Shown: positions 53,962-64,000 of the stretch, piece by piece
Numbering within the stretch: the first letter of the stretch is position 1
How the letters are laid out: the number at the start of each line of letters is the position of its first letter
DNA from: Eledone cirrhosa
Lineage: Eukaryota
Direction of reading: 5' to 3'
DNA length: 64,000 bases
Assembly (NCBI GenBank): GCA_964016885.1
Contig: OZ024741.1
Coordinates: 280,798,001 to 280,862,000 of the forward strand
Notes under the pieces: generated by a model
The model's database searches: none
Told to the model about the DNA's origin: nothing
What the model saw: only the letters and a program-made list of their open reading frames with translations
Program-made: the position numbers and the translations under genes

Positions 53962-53997
53962 TTTCAATGTTTTGGACAGAAATCCTTCATCAGGAAA
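53962..53997 (-). ncRNA. Decayed minimal hammerhead-like motif
   Basis: Minus strand: tttc CTGATGA aGGA tttctg TCC aAAAC aT T gaaa; deviations from CCGAAACGT are CpG-type changes. Confidence 0.5.
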
Positions 53998-54221
53998 GTT
54001 CGGATAGGAGAACAGGAACTCTGAGAAGAATGAACACATTTCCTTCTTCTCTTCTTGTTTTTCATTAACTCATGGGATCATATTGATGCTTCTGAAGATG
54101 TACAACAATCAGTGATACTTAGCTAGGTTCAATATATATATATATATATATATATTCTGTATCTATCATTATTATGTAATCATTATTTTCTGTATCTATC
54201 CTTTGTTATCCTGTCTCTAGT

Positions 54222-54259
54222 TTTGTACTGTAGAAGGGCTAAAGCCCAACACGTCAAAC
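54222..54259 (+). ncRNA. Decayed minimal hammerhead-like motif
   Basis: CTGtAGA a GGGC taaa GCCC aAcAC GTC aaa. Confidence 0.4.
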
Positions 54260-54668
54260 TTTCTTTCCCCTTTTCCATATAAAGCATGAAACTAATAAGA
54301 CTTTTGAACATCTGTTTGTTGTTTCCTTGAACTATATATATATATATCATCATCATTTTATATATATATATATATATTCCATTATTTTACATATATATAT
54401 ATATATTCCATTATTTTACATATATATATATATATTTCTTCATTTTATTATATTGTCCTGGGAATATATTGAAACTATTGTAAAACATTAAATAATTTAA
54501 AAACTCTTCTCTATCATCTGAATGTGTTGTATATGCTTTGTGTTATATCATCCTTTCTTCTATTCTTAAATGATACCTCTTCCATATTTCTATCTATAAC
54601 AACATAAACACATTGAGCTTAAATATATTATTGATTGGCAATTTTACAATTCTCTTCAGTTAACTCTA

Positions 54669-54719
<51 letters not shown>

Positions 54720-54854
54720 ACATATATCCATTTGATTACTTTATACTTGTGTTATATACGTGTGTGTGTGTGCAAAAAGTAAATGGAAACAACAAAGCAA
54801 ACAACACGGTACAATGAAGAAATATATTAGTTTAAAGGTATAGTAAGAAAAGAG

Positions 54855-54890
54855 TGTTTACGTTTCGGACACTAGTCCTTCATCAGAAGA
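54855..54890 (-). ncRNA. Minimal hammerhead ribozyme motif (family A), intact core
   Basis: Minus strand: tctt CTGATGA a GGAC tagt GTCC GAA ACGT A aaca; palindromic ACGT helix III and GUA triplet; stem I has one mismatch. Confidence 0.7.
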
Positions 54891-55045
54891 TAAAATGATA
54901 AATAAAAGATGAAATAGAAAGATAAGGAGTGAGAAAAGGAAGGAATGAACAATCTTTTTTAGATAAATATATATGTTTATATATATATGTATACATGTAT
55001 AAATATTTTATGTGTGTATAAATGTTATATATATATATATATATA

Positions 55046-55161
55046 TAAGAAAATGTTTAACCCCGACGGCAGAGCTCAAGCCGTTTCGACGGCTATTTCT
55101 GGACTCAGAAATAGCCGTCGAAAAGGCTTGAGCTCTGCCGTCGGGGTTAAACATTTTCTTA
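55046..55161. repeat. Near-perfect palindrome (~56-bp arms, 4-nt loop)
   Basis: taagaaaatgtttaaccccgacggcagagctcaagccgtttcgacggctatttctg-gact-cagaaatagccgtcgaaaaggcttgagctctgccgtcggggttaaacattttctta. Confidence 0.92.
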
Positions 55162-56141
55162 TTACCCACTCTACTACCCTAAGTATTGAGTACTCTGGTG
55201 CGCTATGGTCCATCTGGTTCCTTACCACACCTCCTTCTTCGTTTTATATATATATATACACACACATACGTATGTATGCATATCACACACATACTCGGTA
55301 TATTTTGTGTATATGTGGTTATGAGAGAGATAGAGAGAGCTCACACACATCACAAACATACATACCCAACAACATACTAATAGTGCTGCATAAGTGTATA
55401 CACATACATGGAGAGGAAAAAACAGCAAGAAATATTTTTTTAAAGAGTGAGGAACTAGAAATTTGTATAGAAATAACTTTTGCCCCCTCCCATCCAAAAA
55501 AAAAAGCATTAACGAGTAGGTAACCAAGGGTAAAAAAAAACTATTACTAAAGGTGTGTTGGTGAACAGAGTTACAAGGTAGATAGATAGGTGTGTGTGTG
55601 TTTCAGTATCTATGTTAACAGATCCGGAATGAGGGTTGTGTCAGTGAGACATAGATAGAGATGAAATTGAGAGGAATAGAAGAGAGAGACAAAGAAGGTA
55701 ATTAGTGTCTGAGGGGGAAAGATAGAGTGAATGAGATAGAACGAGAAAGGGAAGTGAGTCAGTTAGCTAGAAAGAGAGATAGAGCGTAAGACGGAATGGG
55801 AGAGTGAACGTGTGGAGGGAGGGAGAAATAGTGCGAGAGAGGGGAGTGAGTGAGCGCAAAGGAGGGATAAAGCGAGAGAGGGAGAAATAGAAGGAGTGAG
55901 AGGGAAGATTGAGTAAGGGGGGTAGAGAGGGGAAATAAACAAAGTGTTTTTTTTTTCTTTCACATTTCTCTCTCCATTGTACAAGATATAGAAATGAGTT
56001 AAGATATAAAATAGAGAGAAGATTGATGGAGTAACAAAACGAAATAACGTTGGAAGGGAATCGGGATGAAATAATTACAACTATTTAATTTTAAGGCATG
56101 GGATTATCAAAAAATATCCATACATATATGTACACACACAC

Positions 56142-56278
56142 GAGGGTCGACTGAAAAGTTCATAGGGTGACTATGAAGGAGTGATGCTAGAGTTGTGAAA
56201 TCTTGTATGCATAAATTTCAACTCTTATTATTAATATAAGTACCTTGGTCAGCCTATGGACTTTCAGTCGACCCTCCT
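56142..56278. mobile_element. Tc1/mariner-type MITE (same family as 5400-5578)
   Basis: gagggtcgactgaaaagttcatagg / cctatggactttcagtcgaccctc. Confidence 0.75.
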
Positions 56279-57569
56279 ATACATACACATACACACACGC
56301 GATTTCTTAATTTATATTGTGGTTTGCCCTATAATGTATCTTAATCTAACTGATCATTCTTACTTCATTATTTTTACCAATAAATTTAGAAATATCAAAG
56401 TCGCCAAACACAGAAAAAGGATTTTTTTAAAGATATTTTTAAAAATGGAAAAACAAAACAAAAAAAACTCTTAACAAAAGTAGCACAAACAATAAATAAA
56501 TAGAAAGAAAAGAGAGGAAAAATAAATGTTTAAAAAAAGTATAAAAATCTAGAAGGGTAGGAAATGATGTTGCATTTGACTAACAATTTGATTGGAGTAT
56601 ATATACACACACACATGTATGTATACACACACACATATATATATAAATGTGTTTACCCCCCCCCCCCCCCCATATATATATATATATACACAAATACACA
56701 CACACGTGTATATATATAATATATGTATATATATATATTTACACACACATTTATATAATATAGACAACTATGCTTAAGTTTTAACATGTTATAATTTTTC
56801 TTCCAAAATTTCTTTGGGTCTATTGCAACTGTATTGAATCACAATGTCCTTAAATCCATTATCAGGGTTTCTAGATTTTCACACTCTCACCATCAGGATG
56901 TGGAGTCTTATTGGCATATTTTTACTATCTCTTTTATTGTAGACACATGTACTTCATGAAATTTGAGGTTTGACAATTAGACTTATATGTCATCAACAAT
57001 GTCATAATTTTTTCTGTTGTGTGTGTATTTATTTTAGAGTTGTATTGTCATAAGAGGACAGCTTGCATAAGTAATCATCTATTCTGTAGAATATGGATAT
57101 GAAAGCAGTCCAATGTTGGTGCCACAACAAATAAGCACCCAGTCTACCCTGTAAGATGGTTGTGCTAGTGACACAACAAGAAGCACCCAATCCACCCTTT
57201 ACGGTGACACTGCTGATGCTACAACAAAAAAGCACCCAGTCCACTCAGCAAGGTGGTGTGCTGGTGCTACGACAAAAAAAGCACTTACTCCACCCTGTAA
57301 GGTGGTCATGCTGGTGACACAAAAAAAAAAAGCACTCACTCCACCCTGTAAGGTGGTTGGTGTTAAGAAGGGCATCTAGCCATAGAAAACCAAGCCCAAA
57401 ATAGATCACATGAGCAAGATGTGGTCCCCTGACCTATTTGGCCTCATAATGTGACAGCCTATGATGTCCATTGGCAATTTCTTATCCAACTTTAACCAAT
57501 GAAAATTTCATAAAGTACATTTGCCTACAATAAAAGGGGCAGTAAAAAAAAACACCAACATTTCACATA

Positions 57570-57605
57570 CTGATGATGGAGCTGTGAATTTCTTGAAACA
57601 TTGAT
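57570..57605 (+). ncRNA. Decayed hammerhead-like motif
   Basis: CTGATGA tggagctgtgaatttctt GAAAC AT T; stems are weak. Confidence 0.3.
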
Positions 57606-57919
57606 TATGAATTTAGGAACTTTGCTACTCCAAACAAGCTGCAAAGGACTTATTAGAAAATATGGTGAAAAAAAAACAAAAAAAAAAAACTGATGGAGAA
57701 GTTAAAACTTTAACATAGCCAACACTTTATTAATAATTATTTAAAAGAAAAGCTCTTCTCCATATATATATAATGTAAGTGCATATATATATTATATATG
57801 CATATATATAAATGTGTATATATATCTATATAATCTACGTGTGAGTGTGTGTGCAAGTATCTATATACATTTCTTTCTTGAGTCCTCAACTCCTCACGGA
57901 GAGAAAGGAAGAAACAAAC

Positions 57920-58070
57920 CCAATACTGGACCAGTACTTTATTTATCGACCCCGAAGGGATGAAGGGCAAAGCTGACCCCGGCAGGATTTGAACTGAGAG
58001 CGCAGAGAACCAGAACGAATGCTATAAGGCATTCTATTCCACGCTCTAACAACTCTGCCAATTTATCACC
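57920..58070 (-). mobile_element. Nin-like tRNA SINE
   Basis: ttatcgaccccgaagggatgaagggcaaagctgacc...atttgaact, the reverse of the 1150 family. Confidence 0.7.
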
Positions 58071-58156
58071 TTTTATCTATGTGTGTATGTATCTATATAT
58101 AAATGTGTGTGCAATATATGTATATATGTGTTTATGTGAATGTACATGTGTATATG

Positions 58157-58220
<64 letters not shown>

Positions 58221-58390
58221 TTCATATGTATACATTCATACGTATACATACATATATGTATACAGACATACATGTTTACAAAGATGTATGCACATATACT
58301 TATATGTATATATATATACACATGCATAAAGGTGGGTATGTATATATATATATTATATATAGATACACATACACACACATGTATAAACAT

Positions 58391-61129
58391 TTAGACAGGT
58401 TGCTTCCGATCATCAACATCAAAATCTAATACCATTAACTTTGTTTCTTCTGTACCATTCCGACTGCCAACAGCACATATAAGTTTGGTGTTGGTACAGC
58501 GTACCCGCCATACAACACCACCACTTCCGCCACTTTCTAGTGTCACTAAATTCCGTAGAAACTCACCAGTTTTTAAGTCCCAGATTTTTACAGTTCCATC
58601 ATCCGATGAAGTTATCACAAATTTTTTGTTAAACTGCAAGCAAGTGACAGCGCTCTGGTGTCTGTTCGGACCCTGCAGTGTCTGAAGGCAACGACCTGTG
58701 CGGATATCCCAAACTTTAACAGTAGAATCAGCATTGCCTGAAACAAGTATATTTTCTTTCAGTTCCATCCCACTGGTCAGCGACTGATGACCAATGAGAG
58801 TATGTAGGCAAGTGCCTGTCTCAACATCCCAGACTCGAATTGATGTATCCAAAGAGCCACTAACTATGTGTGTACCATCAAACTGTAGTGAGTACACTCT
58901 GTTAGTGTGTCCTTGCAGAGAGTGGAGACAGGCTTCAGTCTCTGGGTCCCACACTTTAACTGTGTAATCATAGGCTCCACTGACCACTCGTCGTCCATCA
59001 TATTGAACACAGCGCACTGCTGCGACATGCCCCATCAATACATGCAAGCACTGACCTGTGTCAATGTCCCAAACACGAAGTGTAGCATCTCTCGAACCAC
59101 TCACAACTTTATTCCCATGCAAGTGCATACAACGTACCGTCGATGTGTGGCCATATAAAGTATGAATACACTGACCAGTCTCTGCATTCCAAACTTTAAG
59201 TGTTCTGTCTGTAGATCCACTAATAATGATATTTTCGGCCATCTGAGATGCCCACACACCACCAGTATGACCAATAAGTGTTCGTAGACATTTCCCGGTT
59301 AGTGATGACCAAACTTTTAGAGTGTTATCATCAGACCCACTGACAATTCTGCTACCACAAAATTCTAGACAGGTTATCACATGATCCTCATGGCCTTTGA
59401 GGAGTTTTGGGGGACGAATTTTACCACATCTCCAATACTGTTCGATCTGATGTTGTCGCATGTAAAGAGTTTTCCAGGGACTTCTCAACATTCCCTGAGA
59501 TCGTCGTCTTACACTATATCCAAATACTAAAGATTCATCAATTCCTTCTTCGTTACATTTTTCACGCCAAAGTAAATTGTCCTCGGTAAGAACACGCCAA
59601 TAACGGCAAGTCTGTGCTGCACGAAGAAGATCTTTTGGGCCAAGGTAGGATAGTACATACAATGCCAATTCCTTTGGAAGCAGTGAAATGAAATCCCTTT
59701 GGAACTGAGGCTCAATAACCTGCATGATATGTCTAACTTGGGTGGGTTCACATAGTTCGATCATCTCATCTAAAGCTAAGCACCGCTCGGGATTACTCCA
59801 AGACTGGAATGTCTGTAACCATTGAGCAAGTTCTGGAGGGGGGTTGCTTTTTGATGGAATTTTTTTCCTAGTAAAACCCATATTTAAAGTAGACAGGTTA
59901 TGAGAGCGCAAAGTGTCAGAATTGAAGAGTTCCGTTGAAGAACGACATTTCTTTCCTGGTGTGGTTTCTTCCTCTTCTTGCCAGCCCATGTCCTGCTTTC
60001 TTTTCATCATATATTTTACTTTGTGTTGGTGAATAGGCACTGGAATACGAGATTTCAGTGGATGGCCAGAAAATAAACTTTGATGAGGACTGATAGACGA
60101 CAATGATGCTGACCCTGTGCCAGAATTACCATCGCTACAACTGTTATCTAAACTGGCTCCTTTGCCATTAACACCACTATTACTCTGATCGTCATTAGCT
60201 TCACATCCCCTTCCTCTTCCAATACCTGAGTCGTTAGCCGACACATTCCAGTCTTCGGACTTATCAGGAGGATTGTTGTTATTGTTATTATTATTGTTGT
60301 TATTATTATTATTATTACTAGTCCAACTATCTGAATCGGCTTGAATAATATCATTAGTTGTTACCTTCAAGGATACTTGGACAGTCATTTTATCTTCTGC
60401 GGTTGGAGGAGGGTTTTCGGAAGCGTCTTCACTGACCAACACCAAACTCTGCCGGTCTTGTTCAGAGGTAGAACTGGTCGCACTACTAGCACCTTCAGAA
60501 CATTCCAAATAACAAAGATTCTCACTTGGACGATTTACACGAAGGCCACTTGAGGTGGAGGAGGACCTACTCTTGCTTGTAGAAGGGTCCCATTTAACAT
60601 TGATGGCGTATGATGTTGGAATAGTAGTAGTCGCCGGTGGAGAGGTAGTAGTAATAGTACAAGTAGATGATAGCGACGATGTAGATGGAGAACTAAAACA
60701 AGTATTATTCGAAGAACTTGTATTAAGTACAGATGTACAAGTAAATGATGAAGTAGTGCAAACAGTAGTAGTAGAAGAAGTAGAAGAAGAAAGAGAAGAG
60801 GAAGCCTCTGTACATTGATGGTCTTTACCGTCACTTACTTCATTACTGCTATTTACCGTAGATTGTCTGGGTCGCCGCGGAGACTTCACACTGTAAGGTA
60901 CACAACCTAGACTGGATTTGTTCGATTCTAGCCATTCAGTAGTGATGCCGTTAACTTTACACAAATCATCGACACAGCTGAATCCTCCTAAACGCTTCCG
61001 AGTCTCGACTATACTCTCTGCTCTTCTAGGGCCGATCCTATCAAGCGAAGTTAGCTCCTCAACGCATGCCAGATTAACATCTATCTTCTTCTCAGTTGCC
61101 CCACTCGTGTTTTTCTTTTTTCCTACCAT
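58391..61129 (-). CDS. FBXW7: Single-exon F-box/WD40 protein FBXW7 (Cdc4/Archipelago) with N-terminal ComEA-like HhH domain, 912 aa
   Basis: Uninterrupted ORF; first ATG at 61129 (the track starts at a TTG), with an in-frame TAG upstream at 61163-61165. Contains the D-domain QWLQTFQSWS..EPQFQRDFISLLPKELALYVLS, an F-box and WD40 repeats with the three phosphodegron arginine motifs (TSTVRC, SGSRDA, AAVRC), and C-terminal GSRNGTEETKL. Confidence 0.96.
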   Translation of the reverse strand: MVGKKKNTSGATEKKIDVNLACVEELTSLDRIGPRRAESIVETRKRLGGFSCVDDLCKVNGITTEWLESNKSSLGCVPYSVKSPRRPRQSTVNSSNEVSDGKDHQCTEASSSLSSSTSSTTTVCTTSSFTCTSVLNTSSSNNTCFSSPSTSSLSSTCTITTTSPPATTTIPTSYAINVKWDPSTSKSRSSSTSSGLRVNRPSENLCYLECSEGASSATSSTSEQDRQSLVLVSEDASENPPPTAEDKMTVQVSLKVTTNDIIQADSDSWTSNNNNNNNNNNNNNNNPPDKSEDWNVSANDSGIGRGRGCEANDDQSNSGVNGKGASLDNSCSDGNSGTGSASLSSISPHQSLFSGHPLKSRIPVPIHQHKVKYMMKRKQDMGWQEEEETTPGKKCRSSTELFNSDTLRSHNLSTLNMGFTRKKIPSKSNPPPELAQWLQTFQSWSNPERCLALDEMIELCEPTQVRHIMQVIEPQFQRDFISLLPKELALYVLSYLGPKDLLRAAQTCRYWRVLTEDNLLWREKCNEEGIDESLVFGYSVRRRSQGMLRSPWKTLYMRQHQIEQYWRCGKIRPPKLLKGHEDHVITCLEFCGSRIVSGSDDNTLKVWSSLTGKCLRTLIGHTGGVWASQMAENIIISGSTDRTLKVWNAETGQCIHTLYGHTSTVRCMHLHGNKVVSGSRDATLRVWDIDTGQCLHVLMGHVAAVRCVQYDGRRVVSGAYDYTVKVWDPETEACLHSLQGHTNRVYSLQFDGTHIVSGSLDTSIRVWDVETGTCLHTLIGHQSLTSGMELKENILVSGNADSTVKVWDIRTGRCLQTLQGPNRHQSAVTCLQFNKKFVITSSDDGTVKIWDLKTGEFLRNLVTLESGGSGGVVWRVRCTNTKLICAVGSRNGTEETKLMVLDFDVDDRKQPV

Positions 61130-62560
61130 ATTCTTCAAGCAAAAGGCAGGATTCTTGGCAAACTATTGAGAGTCAAAGATGATTGAACGGCAGCCGACTC
61201 TCTGACGACCGCCATTAGAGTCCACACTGCTATTTTGTACCACCTTCGAAGAACACAAATGACAACACGTTCATAAACGCGACTATATAAACACATAAAT
61301 TGTCAGTTAACGATATTTCAAATTCAAAAAATAAATATTAAATCCTCTCAAACATTCAAAAAGATCTTAATTTTTAGACAAGCTTGAAAGTTACAGTTTT
61401 ATGCGGTATTAGTTTCGTAATTTAAAAATGATAGCTCCACATGTATTTAACAGCTCTCAAAGTGAAGGCATGGGGGACAAGTTTTATTTTTCAATATAGA
61501 TTAACTTTTCTTCTTGCTCTCCTCCCAGTCAGTTTTATTGTGGAAATGGAACTTTTACTATATTCCTGTGTATATTTGCCCTTAAATCAAATAGTGATTT
61601 AATTAGATATGTATTTCTGCTTACTTGTACGTCTAATTACCATAATGTTAATGATCTAATTTAATTCGTGAATATATACATATATATATATATATACATG
61701 TGTGTGTGTGTGCGGAGATATATATGTATATATATTTATTTGTATATTCAACATAAAATGTTCAACAAACGACGTCGTAAATATTTTAACACGTGCTTGT
61801 TGATAATTTTTTTGAATTTTATTATTTTATTTTTGTCCGGTATATTTAAAGGTTTTCTTTTTCACTTTATTTTAACAGGGAAATGTAATTCTCGCTTGTA
61901 GACTACTATGCCGAGGCTGACACGTTATAATGTCGACACCTTATTTTTTTTACAGAAGGAATCTCCATCCTCAATGAATGACCAAACGTTTCTACTTAAA
62001 TGTCTTTTATTTGTATTCGTTCATTTAATTAAACGCATTTGTTTATATATCTCACACGAAATATAATTAAAAAAATTTTTTTTAATCAATTTAATGAAGG
62101 AAATAAATACAAAAGACAGGAGAATGCCACTCACTATATAATAGACAAAAAGGTATTGGCAAATGATAGTGAAAAAAATTATAAAGCTTCTCTCAAGTTT
62201 AAAAAAAATCTATTTTTAATGTATTTTTATTCTTTACTACCCAATAATTAATTCTAAATAAAATTGTACATTTTTTTAAATATCAGTATTATAGAAATAT
62301 CTATTGCGGAAGTTCAATTTGATGTCAAAATAATAAACAAACAGTATTTTTTAAAAATATTTTTTTAATTCAAACATTTTAAAATAGAACTTGTTACTTA
62401 ATTTAAATATTATCAGAAGCTTGAAAATTTACACTTTACACCTTAAGGAAAAAAAAAAAAAAAAAGATCCAGCAGCCGTATGTGTGTTTGAAAAAGAAAG
62501 AGATTCGTGGTTCGATTCCTCGCAGCAGGTGTCTGTCAACTTTTTTCGATATTATAGAAA

Positions 62561-62867
62561 GACACACCCACCTATTTCAGTGGGAAATATTATTTTCTTC
62601 GCTTTTTCCGTGTGCTATTAATTAAACTTACCTCCTAATATGGTCCTAAGGGGGGGGGGGACTTTTCACCTCGCCTCCCCAGGGGTTGGGGTTACGGGGT
62701 AAAGAAAAATCTGGGAGGGGGTGGCAGGTCCGGAGGTCCCCCCGCTTCTGTCCTCCGTTTTCTTGAGAAAAGAATACGTAGGACCTTATTTGGAGGTAAG
62801 TTTAATTGATAGCACAAGAAAAAACTAAAGAAAAAAAATTATTTCCCACTGAAATCGGGGGAGTGTC
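62561..62867. mobile_element. Foldback/MITE-like element with ~90-bp imperfect inverted repeats
   Basis: gacac..atttcagtgggaaata..gtgctattaattaaacttacctcc..ggtccta / taggacc..ggaggtaagtttaattgatagcac..tatttcccactgaaat..gtgtc around a G/C-rich core. Confidence 0.75.
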
Positions 62868-63119
62868 CTATAAATTTACCCTCTTTCCAGGGGTACTTTA
62901 CTCAATTTATTCAACTATTATTATAATTATCTGAATTGTGGCGACTATATTTTCAAATGTCCCAATGTTTCGTAAGTTAAGTAAATGTTCACAGTCACAT
63001 AGTTGAACCAAATGTTCACACACACTCATATATACATAGATACACACATATACACAAAGTTGAACCAAATTATATTTTTATGAATATGAACCATGAGCTA
63101 CACTGAAGTGGTTTTGAGA

Positions 63120-63960
63120 CTTTTATCAGAGACATTTATGTAACACAGATCGACACAAAACTCTAGTCTCCCTCAAAGTAAATCCTCCAATATCAATGCA
63201 TTTGTTGTAGTGTTCCAGCCATTTCTGGAAGGCCCCCTTGTAGTCCTCCAAAGTGAAGGTGTCCAGGAAGCTTGTCACAGCATCCTTCATCTCATCCATA
63301 TCCTGATAGCGGATACCACTGAGCATCTCCTTCAGCTTAGGGAACATCCAGAAGTAGTACAGGGTTACGTCTGGACTAGGGAGGAGGAGTGGCAGTCTTG
63401 ATCCCCATATTGGCCAAGAAGTTGGTCATCAGGAGGGATTTGTAGCAGGGGGCATTGTCCTGGTGCAGGTGTCACTGATTTGAAGAGTTCTGGTCTCTTG
63501 CGACAAAATCTTTCTGAACTTCCACAAAACCTAGTGGATGTAGATGGTGCCCTTGCTACTGAATGGGATTATCATCAGCTTCCCTGTGGACCTGCTTTAC
63601 CTGACTTTCTTGTGCCTCAGGGAGTCAAAATGTTTCCACTGGGAACTACAGCTCTCATCATAGGTAACCAGAGACAAGGACACTTGGATTAGAAGCAATC
63701 CACTTGACCAACTTCCTGCTTTCATCAATGCACCTCTGCCTTTGATCTTCATTGAGCACCCTAGGAACAAACTAGGATCCAATTTTGCATATGTTCAGAT
63801 TGTCATGAATGACTGTGCACAGTTCCCTCAGCCACTTCAAATTGTTTAACAATTGTCAGCGGAAAACAGTCGCCTGACTCATGAAAGTTAGTCTGTAAGC
63901 AGTTTTGACCATTTCATAGGTTTCTGCCGAACTTCTCACAAAATTTTATTGCATATTTTT
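63120..63960 (-). mobile_element. Degenerate mariner (DD34D-like) transposase remnant
   Basis: Minus strand: LVTYDES, SSQWKH, HQDNAP, SPD..FWMFPKLKEMLSGIRY..FQKWLEHYNKCIDIGG, with frameshifts. Confidence 0.85.
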
Positions 63961-64000
63961 ATTAAAATTATTTCAATTATTTCTAACAAAACAAAAGGCT

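Noticed and set aside
58485-61169. Plus-strand and alternate-frame ORFs overlapping FBXW7
   Set aside because: Antisense or frame shadows of the real CDS.
61190-61300. FBXW7 promoter (locally CpG-richer, AATGGCG on the minus strand)
   Set aside because: Plausible position, but the motifs are too short to call from sequence alone.

Overview
AT-rich, repeat-dominated eukaryotic DNA. The SINE/LINE repertoire and dense (TA)n tracts suggest a cephalopod (octopus-like) genome; this is inference. Two host genes are supported: the last two coding exons of a Snf7/CHMP7-like ESCRT-III gene (+, 728-902 and 3217-3362), and an intact single-exon FBXW7-type F-box/WD40 gene (-, 58391-61129) with an unexpected N-terminal ComEA-like helix-hairpin-helix domain. 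The rest is mostly transposon-derived. It includes two near-full-length inverted RTE LINEs with a PHD-like finger inside the RT, CR1 and other RTE fragments, and two tRNA-SINE families. There is also a dead DD37D (maT-type) transposase abutting a 373-bp-arm foldback of a UBA1 fragment, a mariner remnant, MITEs and minisatellites. At least ten hammerhead-ribozyme-like motifs of several families (Penelope-type) were found by eye, several with intact catalytic cores. Most short ORFs in the track are microsatellite or antisense artefacts. All coordinates were read by eye; repeat boundaries are approximate.
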